A stretch of DNA of 64,000 bases from Chitinivibrionales bacterium (GTDB taxonomy: Bacteria > Fibrobacterota > Chitinivibrionia > Chitinivibrionales > WJKA01), in the NCBI GenBank assembly GCA_038247415.1, contig JBBRUX010000009.1, positions 1 through 64,000 on the forward strand, given 5' to 3'. Positions 47,606 through 56,787 of the stretch are shown here, piece by piece; position 1 is the first letter of the stretch; every line of letters begins with the position of its first letter. A program made the translations under genes and the position numbers. The notes beneath the pieces were generated by a model. It ran no database searches. It had not been told where the DNA came from and worked only from the letters and a program-made list of their open reading frames with translations.

Positions 47606-48094
47606 TTAGGCGATGTGATGTTGCTTTCTGTAAATCTCTGGGGTTGTCTTGCAGTATTCTTTGAAGGTTTTTCGCATTTCTTGAATGCTTTTAAATCCAC
47701 ATGACGAAGCTATAAATTCCTCATTAGTACGTGTTGAACGCAGGCGTTCTTTGATGAGTTCAACCCTCATTGATTGGACATAATCGCGTATTTGTTCTCC
47801 GCTAAAAGCAACAACCGCTTTTTTAAGTGCGCGTGGTGAAATAGCGAGTTCGAGCGCCATCATTGAAACGGTAATGGTTGGATTGATACATCGGGAATCG
47901 AGATGCTTTTTGATCCGATTAAACTCTGCCAAAATAGCAGGAGTTATTTTGGTTGGAAATGTTTTTTTTATAAATCGAACAATCCCATAGGTCACAAGCG
48001 TTGCGCCCACAAATGAGCCAGCCCCGTAAACAAGTGCCGATTTGATCCATGGGGTTGATTCCGAATAAGCTTGGAATGCTTGCGCATTCTGCAA
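47606..48094 (-). CDS. AraC-type HTH protein with an N-terminal TM; start uncertain
   Basis: 'IASSCGF.S....K.FK.....TP..YRK' AraC signature. Confidence 0.8.
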   Translation of the reverse strand: MQNAQAFQAYSESTPWIKSALVYGAGSFVGATLVTYGIVRFIKKTFPTKITPAILAEFNRIKKHLDSRCINPTITVSMMALELAISPRALKKAVVAFSGEQIRDYVQSMRVELIKERLRSTRTNEEFIASSCGFKSIQEMRKTFKEYCKTTPEIYRKQHHIA

Positions 48095-48156
48095 AAAAGT
48101 TAAAATAAAAAGTCCAATTTTTATGGGGTAGAAAGCTCGCTTGGCGCATCAAAAAA

Positions 48157-48230
48157 TGGGCGCAGAAGGATTCGAACCTTCGATCTCCGCGATGTGAACG
48201 CGGCGCTCTAACCAGCTGAGCCATGCGCCC
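48157..48230 (-). tRNA. tRNA-Val(CAC), CCA not encoded
   Basis: GGGCGCATGGCTCAGCTGGTTAGAGCGCCGCGTT-CAC-ATCGCGGAGATCGAAGGTTCGAATCCTTCTGCGCCCA folds as a cloverleaf. Confidence 0.96.
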
Positions 48231-48378
48231 AAAATAAGTCGTTGAAAAAGCGAAATAAAAATACAATATGTGGGAGCTTAACACGAAATTTTTTTAGGTT
48301 TCTTTTAATATTATTGTTTAAATTGTTATTGGCTAATCTCATTAAAATGATGTTTGGTATCAAGGAGAATTTTCATAC

Positions 48379-49401
48379 ATGCGTATGCTTTCGAGAATAT
48401 TTTGTATGGCGGTCGCCGTGGGGGCCATGCTCGTGCATGGACAAGATACGTATTACTCTTCGGAAACGAAGGAGCTTTTTTTTCTTGCCGATCAAGCTGC
48501 AATAGCTAACTCCGACTTGTGTTTTACCTCAGACGCAATGCCTACATCCAACCCTGCTCGAATTGGACAAAATCTAAATGGCAGAATGACCAATCGGCTT
48601 TCCCTTGGGTATGCCGGATTTTTTGAGAATTCATTTGGGACTTCTGTGTTGCCCTATTCCATATCGCTCGACGACAGAAGCGGTTGTGGTGTAGTTCTTG
48701 GCTACCTGTATGTTCCGGGGATTATTGATAATACGGGTTCAACGGTTGGCCTGGATAGCACTATCCAGCTTAAAGAGGAAATCGGGTTTGCTTCTATCAC
48801 GCATTTTCGGGCAGGGTATTCTTATACGATTTTTTCAAGCAAACGTTTAAATGTGTCAACCGGAGCCGTTGTTAATGCTCGTCGAACTAATTTGCTGGGG
48901 GAAACGGGGTATGGTATAGGAGTTGATGCTGGTCTTGCTCTCTTATCTCCTCGCACAGGATTGGCAGCATCAGTTGTTGTGAATAACCTCTTTGGGCATG
49001 CCATGAGGTGGAGTGCTGATTATTCAGATTTCGCCTACCCTCAGCTTCGAGTAGGGCTTGGATATTCAAAAGAAATACCTTATCTTTACGGTTCGATTAC
49101 CATAACAGTTGCCTCGTTAGACCTTTTTGGAAATGAGGGTGTTAACGATAATGGTTCCGATCCTCGGTGGTTGCATGCATCCAAAATGTCTGATATTGGT
49201 GCCATTATTGGGAATAGTTCGCTTGGAATTGCCTATGAAATTGCTGATCGTGTTACGCTTCGGGTCGGGCACTCCGATTTGCATCCCTGGACGATTGGAG
49301 CAGGAATTGGCCTTTTCAATAAACGTTTGATTATCGATTGTGCTTATCTTGATCAGGAAATTGCCGGAACGTATCAGCTGAGTCTTACCAGCCAGTGGTA
49401 G
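48379..49401 (+). CDS. PorV/PorQ-like (FadL-superfamily) outer-membrane barrel
   Basis: Signal peptide, 'NPA', 'G.G.DAG', 'LRVG', 'IDCAY' and C-terminal 'QLSLTSQW'. Confidence 0.6.
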   Translation: MRMLSRIFCMAVAVGAMLVHGQDTYYSSETKELFFLADQAAIANSDLCFTSDAMPTSNPARIGQNLNGRMTNRLSLGYAGFFENSFGTSVLPYSISLDDRSGCGVVLGYLYVPGIIDNTGSTVGLDSTIQLKEEIGFASITHFRAGYSYTIFSSKRLNVSTGAVVNARRTNLLGETGYGIGVDAGLALLSPRTGLAASVVVNNLFGHAMRWSADYSDFAYPQLRVGLGYSKEIPYLYGSITITVASLDLFGNEGVNDNGSDPRWLHASKMSDIGAIIGNSSLGIAYEIADRVTLRVGHSDLHPWTIGAGIGLFNKRLIIDCAYLDQEIAGTYQLSLTSQW

Positions 49402-49526
49402 CTGCACGCGATTTCACAGGCCTTGCTCCGCATCACGTGATGTCGTAACGTATTTTATTCAGAGTAAGCCGCATAATCAAGGGTTTAGCCCGCACATTTT
49501 AACGATAGTTTACTGTACAGTACCGC

Positions 49527-51497
49527 ATGAATACTATTGCTGAATATCCAATCTTGGTTGCCGATGATGACGAGGCTCTCTGCCGGGTTATTGCTGAATA
49601 TCTCACCAGTAAAGGGTATACAACAATACGAGCTCATAATGGCAAAGAGGCTCTCGATTCATACTATCTCAACAAACCTCAATGCATGATTGTCGATATC
49701 AAGATGCCGGTTATGGATGGCTTGACTTTTTTAGAAAAAGTTAGAACGAATGGTGCACATGTTCCCGTAATCATGACAACGGGAGATCCAGATGTGCAAA
49801 CTGCCATACGAGCAATTCAAAGCGGAGCATTTGATTTTTTAGTTAAGCCTCTGGATCTCGAGGTTCTTGCCGAAAAGGTTTCTGATGCAATCGCTCAAGT
49901 TCAAAATTCTCACGAACAAGCGGTTATATCTGAACTTACATCGCTGCACGAAATTAGCAATAAGTTAACGCATACCCAAGATCTTACCTACTTGCTCGAT
50001 GTCACGCTGAAGTGTTGTCTCGAATTAACCGGTGCCGATTCTGGCTCTATAATGCTTGTTAATAAGATGTTTCGAGAGCTTGTGATTGTTCAGCATAAGG
50101 GAGTTTTGCCTCCCATGATGAAATCATCAATCGATTCTTCTCTGGAGTGGCCCATTGCGAAATGGGTTCTTCGCAATAGCGCATCATTGCTTATTACCGA
50201 TGATAAAATTGCTCAGGGTGTAATTCTTCCGCTTGAGCGGCGTGACATAAAATCGTCTATCTGTGTTCCATTGTTTGCAGGCACAGAAACCATCGGTGTT
50301 ATAAATCTAAATCGATTGGTTGGCAAGACGAATTTTAATTCGATGCATCAGAAAATTGTTGAGGTACTCTCTTCTCAAGCAGGGATTGCTATAAATAATG
50401 CCAATTTGTATACGTCAATTAATCAAAAACTCGAAGAACTATCCCTCATAAGTAACTACTCTGAACAACTCATGGGTCTTGTCGATCGCGAAGATGTTAT
50501 TGGGTGTCTTTTCCATACAGTAAAACAATATTTTCCTATCGATGTTATAGGGTATCTTGCTACTCAAAAACGAAGGTTTGAATTTATTTATTGGTCTCGG
50601 GGGCCTCTGGGAGACGATGAACTCAATGAGATTCGCGATGAAGTTGTAAATCAATTCAATACAGAAGCTCATGCGAGAGTTTCTATACGACGTGTTGCTT
50701 TGCGCCGTTGGCCAATGCCTAGTGTTTCGGATGTGCCAATCCACTTGCCTTTACTGTTTCGTCATTCTATCCGAATCAATATCGAGGAAAACGAATTTGG
50801 CATGCTTTATTTTGGTGCTGGTGTGGGGCTTGATAATCTCGAAGAGAAAATGTCTTTGTTGTCTAGTTTAATTAACCAAACTAGAATTGCCCTCACGAAT
50901 GCAAAGCTCTATGGGGACATGAAAGAAAACTACATCAAGACAATAAAGGCACTGGCAATTGCCGTTGATGCCAAGGATACGTATACCCATGGTCATTCCG
51001 AAAATGTCATGAATATTGCTGCAGAGATTTCGCAGGAAATGGGTTTAGACGAAAAGCAAATTGGTACAATCCGAGATGGCGCACTCTTGCATGATATCGG
51101 TAAAATCGGGATTCCGGGATATATTCTCAATAAGCCAGGATCGCTTACCTACGAAGAATTTAATGGAATCATGAAAACGCATGCAGCATTAGGTGCAAAT
51201 ATTGTAAAGGATGTTCCTTTTTTACGCGATTTGTATAAACTGATTTTGTGTCATCACGAAAATTACGATGGTAGCGGGTATCCTGCCGGATTAAAGGGAG
51301 AAGATATTCCCTTTGGTGCGAGAATACTGCATGTTGCAGATGCCTTTGAAGCAATGACGTCTAATCGTCCATATCGAACGAGTTTAGGGCAAGGAGAAGC
51401 TATCAAGCGACTTGCGCTTGAGCGTGGTTCTCAGTTTGATCCCACTATTGTCGACGCATTTTTTTGTGTAGCTAAACGTAAAGGATGGCTTTCTTAA
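49527..51497 (+). CDS. Receiver-GAF-HD-GYP cyclic-dinucleotide phosphodiesterase
   Basis: REC (DD, DIKMP, KP), GAF, and AKD.YT.GHS, LHDIGK, HHENYDGSGYP, NRPYR motifs. Confidence 0.94.
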   Translation: MNTIAEYPILVADDDEALCRVIAEYLTSKGYTTIRAHNGKEALDSYYLNKPQCMIVDIKMPVMDGLTFLEKVRTNGAHVPVIMTTGDPDVQTAIRAIQSGAFDFLVKPLDLEVLAEKVSDAIAQVQNSHEQAVISELTSLHEISNKLTHTQDLTYLLDVTLKCCLELTGADSGSIMLVNKMFRELVIVQHKGVLPPMMKSSIDSSLEWPIAKWVLRNSASLLITDDKIAQGVILPLERRDIKSSICVPLFAGTETIGVINLNRLVGKTNFNSMHQKIVEVLSSQAGIAINNANLYTSINQKLEELSLISNYSEQLMGLVDREDVIGCLFHTVKQYFPIDVIGYLATQKRRFEFIYWSRGPLGDDELNEIRDEVVNQFNTEAHARVSIRRVALRRWPMPSVSDVPIHLPLLFRHSIRINIEENEFGMLYFGAGVGLDNLEEKMSLLSSLINQTRIALTNAKLYGDMKENYIKTIKALAIAVDAKDTYTHGHSENVMNIAAEISQEMGLDEKQIGTIRDGALLHDIGKIGIPGYILNKPGSLTYEEFNGIMKTHAALGANIVKDVPFLRDLYKLILCHHENYDGSGYPAGLKGEDIPFGARILHVADAFEAMTSNRPYRTSLGQGEAIKRLALERGSQFDPTIVDAFFCVAKRKGWLS

Positions 51498-52531
51498 CCC
51501 TTGTAAGGAAAGATGGTGAATTCATGTCTGTAAAGCGTATTGTGGTTGTCATGGTTTTTGTTGCAGCACTTGCAGGATGTTCTAAGCCCAAAGTTGTTCC
51601 CAATGGGGCTATTTCGGTCAATGGCGAGTGGATACTTAAAAATGAGCTTGCTTCGGTTGAGGCTGCAATGCAAAATGACCCTCAAAATTCGCCCTCGGCG
51701 CTTTTTGGTAGTGATGGTAGCATGCTTAAAAAAATGATTGCGCAGCAAGTTGTCGGGCAAAAACTCCTGCTTGCAGAGGCTCATTCTCGGGGCATAAAGC
51801 CAGATACAACAATGGTTGCCAAAAATCTCGAATCGATCGAAAAACGTTTTCCTGATAAGGCAACTTTCGAACGGGAGCTTACCGCTGCAGGTCAAAGCAG
51901 AGAAACTCTCAAAAAGCAGATTATGGAAGGTGTCATGCTCGATTCTCTTATGAAAAGCATTTTAATTTCAAAAGATTCAATTCCAGAAGCAGAAGTTAAA
52001 AGCTACTACGACGAGAATAAAGCTAAATTCGTTTCACCACCCAAGTTTCGGTTAAGCCTCATTATGATAAGTGTTCCGGCAAAGGCAACCGAATCGGCTA
52101 AATCTTTGGCACGTAAAAAAGCCGATGATGCCTATGCTCAGTGCAAAGCGGGAAAAAACTTTGCCGATATTGCTAAAAAGTTTTCGGATGGCCCTGGTGC
52201 CGATGCCGGGGGAGATATCGGCTGGTTTGAAAATGGAAGTATGAATCCAATTTTCGATAAGCCAGCTTCAGGCCTTAAAACAGGCGATATCAGCGAAGTG
52301 GTACAAGCGGAACCGGGGTTCATCATACTAAAAAGAACCGAGGAAAAAGCCGCTGATCCCGCATCCTACGAAAAAGTACGCATGCAGATTACCATGAGCT
52401 TGCAAATGAAGAAGCGTGCCGAACTTGTTTCTGCGCATGTCAATGAAATCTATGCAAAAAGCAAGGTGGTGTATGCAGATACATCGTATAAGCCCACTAC
52501 CGAAATGCTGGCTAAATTGAAAGCGAAATAA
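51485..52531 (+). CDS. SurA/PrsA-like parvulin PPIase lipoprotein; likely start 51524
   Basis: Lipobox LAGC, 'VNGE.I', 'F..IAK.FSD......GGDIGWF'. Confidence 0.9.
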   Translation: MAFLTLVRKDGEFMSVKRIVVVMVFVAALAGCSKPKVVPNGAISVNGEWILKNELASVEAAMQNDPQNSPSALFGSDGSMLKKMIAQQVVGQKLLLAEAHSRGIKPDTTMVAKNLESIEKRFPDKATFERELTAAGQSRETLKKQIMEGVMLDSLMKSILISKDSIPEAEVKSYYDENKAKFVSPPKFRLSLIMISVPAKATESAKSLARKKADDAYAQCKAGKNFADIAKKFSDGPGADAGGDIGWFENGSMNPIFDKPASGLKTGDISEVVQAEPGFIILKRTEEKAADPASYEKVRMQITMSLQMKKRAELVSAHVNEIYAKSKVVYADTSYKPTTEMLAKLKAK

Positions 52532-52533
52532 CT

Positions 52534-52995
52534 ATGGGTACTTCTTACCACAAACGCTTACCACGAGCGTGCATGGCAGCTCTGGTGCTTATTGTGGGGT
52601 GTCAAGTACTCTGTGGTCAGGTTGGAATAATCGCGTGTAGCGCCAGTGGCTTTAGAAATACCACTGGTGTTGCGCGTTTCGAGTTATATGCTTCAAGTAA
52701 AGATTTCCTCAATCATAAAAAAGCTACTTTTAGTACTACGGTAGCCCTGGGTCCAGAACCGGTCAAGGCACAATTTCAGTCGGTTCCTTTTGGTGAGTAT
52801 GCAGTGGCAGTTTTTCACGATGAAAATAAAAACGGAATCCTTGACAAAAATTTTATTGGTATGCCCCTAGAGGGTTGTGGGTTTACTACACCAACAAAGC
52901 CTAAGGGTCCTGTTGCGTTTAATGATGCACGATTTGTACTCAACCAGGCAACGCGTTTGTGTGCGGTTCAGATTTCTTATATTTTCAAAAAGTAA
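52534..52995 (+). CDS. DUF2141 exported protein
   Basis: 'G.YAVAVFHDENKNG.LD.NF.G.P.EG.GF'. Confidence 0.9.
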   Translation: MGTSYHKRLPRACMAALVLIVGCQVLCGQVGIIACSASGFRNTTGVARFELYASSKDFLNHKKATFSTTVALGPEPVKAQFQSVPFGEYAVAVFHDENKNGILDKNFIGMPLEGCGFTTPTKPKGPVAFNDARFVLNQATRLCAVQISYIFKK

Positions 52996-54389
52996 AGACT
53001 CTGACAATGAAACCTGGTCAGCCCTTGAAATCCTCTCCTAAAATCCTCCTTGTTAGCACTAATCGTTATGCAGAACCTGCCCACGTTTATCCGCTTGGGT
53101 TAGCATGTATTGCATCTGCGAGTGAGTCGGCTGGATTTACTGTGCGCGTTTTTGATTGCGCTTTTGATACCGATATTGGCGCATGTATCTCCTCCTTTAA
53201 TCCCGATTATATTGGTGTTTCATTACGCAATATCGATGATTGCTATATCGAGAATACACGATTTCTTTTGAACGAAGCATTAGAAATCGTTAGTCAGGTA
53301 CAACAATTGTCTAAGGTGCCAATAATTTTAGGGGGTAGCGGATTTTCTATTTTCCCCGAGCACATACTAGCGGCTACTCATGCAACGTGTGGCGTTCTTG
53401 GCGAAGGCGAAGAAACTTTAGTTGAACTTATCAAGTGTTTAAGTCAATCTGGTGAAATCAGCAGTATCCCCGGAATTGTGTATTGGAAAGGCGAGAAAAT
53501 TGTACAAACTCAAATCCGCCCTCCTTGTCAAACAGTATCGGTTTCTCGATCGTTTACCCCTCTGCTAAAACAGTATATCGATGCAGCTGGCATGCTCAAT
53601 GTACAAACGCAACGAGGTTGTGGTTATCATTGTTGCTATTGTTCATACCCAATTATCGAGGGTAAGCAATGTCGATTTTTTGATCCCGCTCTCATTGCAT
53701 TAGAATTTAAGCGTATCCAGGATGCGGGCGGGAAGTTTGTATTTATTACCGATTCGGTATTTAATACTTCGGTAGAGCACGTTGTCAAGGTATGCGAGGA
53801 ACTTATTCGCCATGATAATTGCATACAATTTGGTTGCTTTTTGCGACCATCTCGTTTGACACCTGATGTATGCGCACTTTTAAAACGGGCCGGATTAACC
53901 CATATTGAATTTGGTTCGGATAGTTTATGCGACGAAGTTTTACAGGAATATCAGAAGGGTTTTACGTTTGATGATATTGCGCACGCATCGGAATGCGCAT
54001 ATCGTGCTGGAATTCATTATGCTCATTTTCTTATATCCGGTGGCCCAGGCGAGACACTGCAAACCTTGCAAACTTCTTTCATTAATGCACAAAAACTAAA
54101 AAAAACAGTTTTTTTTCCTTTTATTGGTATGCGCATTTTTCCACAGACATCACTTTACAAGAGAGCTCTTCTGGAAAAAGTGATTTCGGTGGATACCAAT
54201 CTGCTCGCACCACAATTTTATCTCTCTCCTCATATAACCCTCGATGCAGTAAAATCGGTTCTTTCCGAATACGCACGCAGTTCCTTTAATTGGATTGTGG
54301 GGGAGCCGTCTCCTGCTATGAAATCCCTTATGCAAGGGTTGCGAGCCAAAGGTGTTGTGGGGCCGTTGTGGGAATTTCTGACGCGGTAA
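52959..54389 (+). CDS. B12-binding radical SAM protein (lipid-biosynthesis-associated type); likely start 53007
   Basis: 'VYPLGL', 'GVSLRNID', 'GGSGFS', QTQRGCGYHCCYC (CxxxCxxC), 'DSVFN' and C-terminal 'GPLWE'. Confidence 0.88.
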   Translation: MCGSDFLYFQKVKTLTMKPGQPLKSSPKILLVSTNRYAEPAHVYPLGLACIASASESAGFTVRVFDCAFDTDIGACISSFNPDYIGVSLRNIDDCYIENTRFLLNEALEIVSQVQQLSKVPIILGGSGFSIFPEHILAATHATCGVLGEGEETLVELIKCLSQSGEISSIPGIVYWKGEKIVQTQIRPPCQTVSVSRSFTPLLKQYIDAAGMLNVQTQRGCGYHCCYCSYPIIEGKQCRFFDPALIALEFKRIQDAGGKFVFITDSVFNTSVEHVVKVCEELIRHDNCIQFGCFLRPSRLTPDVCALLKRAGLTHIEFGSDSLCDEVLQEYQKGFTFDDIAHASECAYRAGIHYAHFLISGGPGETLQTLQTSFINAQKLKKTVFFPFIGMRIFPQTSLYKRALLEKVISVDTNLLAPQFYLSPHITLDAVKSVLSEYARSSFNWIVGEPSPAMKSLMQGLRAKGVVGPLWEFLTR

Positions 54390-54404
54390 AGAAGGGTAGC
54401 TTGC

Positions 54405-56693
54405 CTATTCCGGCGCAACCGAAATATGAGTCTGTATAATTTTAGATGTTTGGGCAATGGTTGCACAGTGCAATAAAGCTTGAGTTTCCTTTTGTGCTTC
54501 GGAGCTTGACATAGAGGAGAATGCTGCGCGCACTGCGGGGAAATATTGAGGATCAATACAAAACTCTCGTACACCACAGCCTAGGAAAAATGGTAGATAT
54601 TCGATTTGGTGTGCCATATCTCCACAAATAGACAAACTACAATTGTTACGAATTGCCGCTTCCGCTACGCGTTTAATTGCCCGTAGAACTGCCGGATGAT
54701 GCGCGCAATAGTATTGCGCAACTTTCTCGTTGGTACGGTCTACCGCAAGCATGTACTGTATAAAATCGTTTGTCCCCAGCGAGAAAAAATCTACATAGCC
54801 TGCAAGCTCATCGAGAATGTCGAGCACTGAGGGAATTTCAATCATGGTGCCAATCTGCGGGGAGCGGTTAAAATCTAGATTCGATTTTTCTAGCTCATGT
54901 TGACATTCGGAAAGCATGTCAAGAGCGGCGAGGAGTTCGTCGACAGACGAAACCATGGGGAACATGACCTTAATGTGCTTACCTGCACCCGCTCTCAGAA
55001 TTGCGCGAATTTGCTGCTTAAAAACATCGGGATGCGAAAGACAAAAGCGTAGAGACCTCATGCCAAGAAATGGATTGCGTTCTGAGTAAGTATTAAAATA
55101 CGCAAGAATTTTATCTCCGCCAATATCCAGCGTTCTAAAGGTAACCGGGCACGAAGGCATTCCATCGACTACTTTGCGATACACGACATATTGTTCTTCT
55201 TCGGAAGGAAAACTTGAGCGAATTATAAAGGGAAATTCAGTCCTGTAAAGCCCAATGCCATCGGCTCCCACTGCTACAGAATCAGCGACATCGGAAATTA
55301 AGTTGACCGTTGCAGAAAGGGTAATTATGATATTGTCTAAAGTATGCGTTGTTCCAGGAACACAGCCTTTAATCGACGACTTAAGTGCCGCTGCCCTTTG
55401 AGCACGAATACGAAACGGTGATAGAATTTCTGGTGTTGGATTTAAGTAGATGTTTCCGCTATCGGCATCTATAATTGCCGTTGTTTCTGCAGGCAACGAC
55501 AATAATTGCGGTACATCTGCATATACGAGAGGAACCTTAAGAGACCGGGCCAATATGGCTGTGTGCGAAGTTACTCCTCCGTTGACAAGAAGTATACCGC
55601 TCACGCCTTGGCTTACCAAAACAAGAATGTCCGACGGGAGTAGTTCGCGTGCAACTACAATGCGACCTTTTGTAGAAAAAGAATCTGCTGCAGATTGCGG
55701 GGCAAGGCAGGCAAGAATGCGTAGCGCAATATCGCGGATATCATCACTTTTTTGACGAAGATACGGGTCTTGTTGAGCATCAAAGAGCACTACATACTCT
55801 TTAGCAATGGTGGCTACGGCATCGGCCGGATGCGAACCAAGAGCAATTTTTTCTCTCATTTTGCCGGTGAAGGCTACATCGTTAAGTAAGAGCAGGTGTG
55901 CAGCAAAAACAAGCGATGCAGCATCGGCAAGTTGTTCCTCTACCCGGGCTTGATATTTTGTAAGCTGAAAAATTGTTTTTTCGAGTGCATCTTCAAAATC
56001 CTGCAGCGACCCCGGCTTTGCTAATGCCATTGCGAGCATTAACTCGATGGATCGGTGTTTCTCATCCATGATAACGGGCGCAAATGTAAATCCTTTTGAA
56101 CCCGATTTGCCTTTAATAAAAAGTGGGCATGGAATGGAGGCTTCGCTCACAGCAGGATGCGTGTCTCCTTGAGTTTGCGGGGAAGCGGCACTTTTCATGA
56201 GAAGTCGCGTGTATTCGATCATTGCTGCAAGCTGATTGCCAACTGCCCGTAGTGCGATTTCATCTTCAGGTGAGAATGGGTGTTCGTTTTTGCGTTGCAC
56301 AACAAGAACCCCAATGCGTTCTTTGCCCCGCTGAATGGGAACTGCAAGAAATGCTTCGTAGTTTTCTTCGAGAAGTCCTGGAAAAAAACGATAGTTGGGA
56401 TGTAAACTACAGTTAGTCAAGTTTACAGGCTTGAGATCCTGCATCACCATGCCACTGAGACCCTCACCAAGTTTTAGTGCGACCGTATCGACAAGGTCTT
56501 GATTGAGTCCGATTGTGGCCTTAAGGGTAAGTGTTTCTGCAGGCGAATCGTAGATGTAAATTGAACAGACAGATGCCCCTAAATGTCGAGAGACAATTCC
56601 TGCACAGCTTTTGAGAAATTCTCCTAACGATGCAACGTTATGCAGAACTGCATTCAATTCACCGATACTGAGTATTAAGCCGACTGTATCCAT
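54405..56693 (-). CDS. ptsP: GAF-domain PTS enzyme I (EI-Ntr, PtsP)
   Basis: N-terminal GAF; TSHTAIL (phospho-His), GLYRTEF, RTLDIGGDK, GTND and ICGD motifs. Confidence 0.93.
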   Translation of the reverse strand: MDTVGLILSIGELNAVLHNVASLGEFLKSCAGIVSRHLGASVCSIYIYDSPAETLTLKATIGLNQDLVDTVALKLGEGLSGMVMQDLKPVNLTNCSLHPNYRFFPGLLEENYEAFLAVPIQRGKERIGVLVVQRKNEHPFSPEDEIALRAVGNQLAAMIEYTRLLMKSAASPQTQGDTHPAVSEASIPCPLFIKGKSGSKGFTFAPVIMDEKHRSIELMLAMALAKPGSLQDFEDALEKTIFQLTKYQARVEEQLADAASLVFAAHLLLLNDVAFTGKMREKIALGSHPADAVATIAKEYVVLFDAQQDPYLRQKSDDIRDIALRILACLAPQSAADSFSTKGRIVVARELLPSDILVLVSQGVSGILLVNGGVTSHTAILARSLKVPLVYADVPQLLSLPAETTAIIDADSGNIYLNPTPEILSPFRIRAQRAAALKSSIKGCVPGTTHTLDNIIITLSATVNLISDVADSVAVGADGIGLYRTEFPFIIRSSFPSEEEQYVVYRKVVDGMPSCPVTFRTLDIGGDKILAYFNTYSERNPFLGMRSLRFCLSHPDVFKQQIRAILRAGAGKHIKVMFPMVSSVDELLAALDMLSECQHELEKSNLDFNRSPQIGTMIEIPSVLDILDELAGYVDFFSLGTNDFIQYMLAVDRTNEKVAQYYCAHHPAVLRAIKRVAEAAIRNNCSLSICGDMAHQIEYLPFFLGCGVREFCIDPQYFPAVRAAFSSMSSSEAQKETQALLHCATIAQTSKIIQTHISVAPE

Positions 56694-56787
56694 AGCGATG
56701 TCAAAAAAGTTATATACGTAGTTAAATTTTTGTGAAGGAGCAAACGTGTGCTCCTTCTATTAAATTAGTGTCTGCAATCCCATTTTG

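Noticed and set aside
47919..48284. 121-aa ORF
   Set aside because: Reads through tRNA-Val(CAC) and overlaps the AraC gene in another frame.
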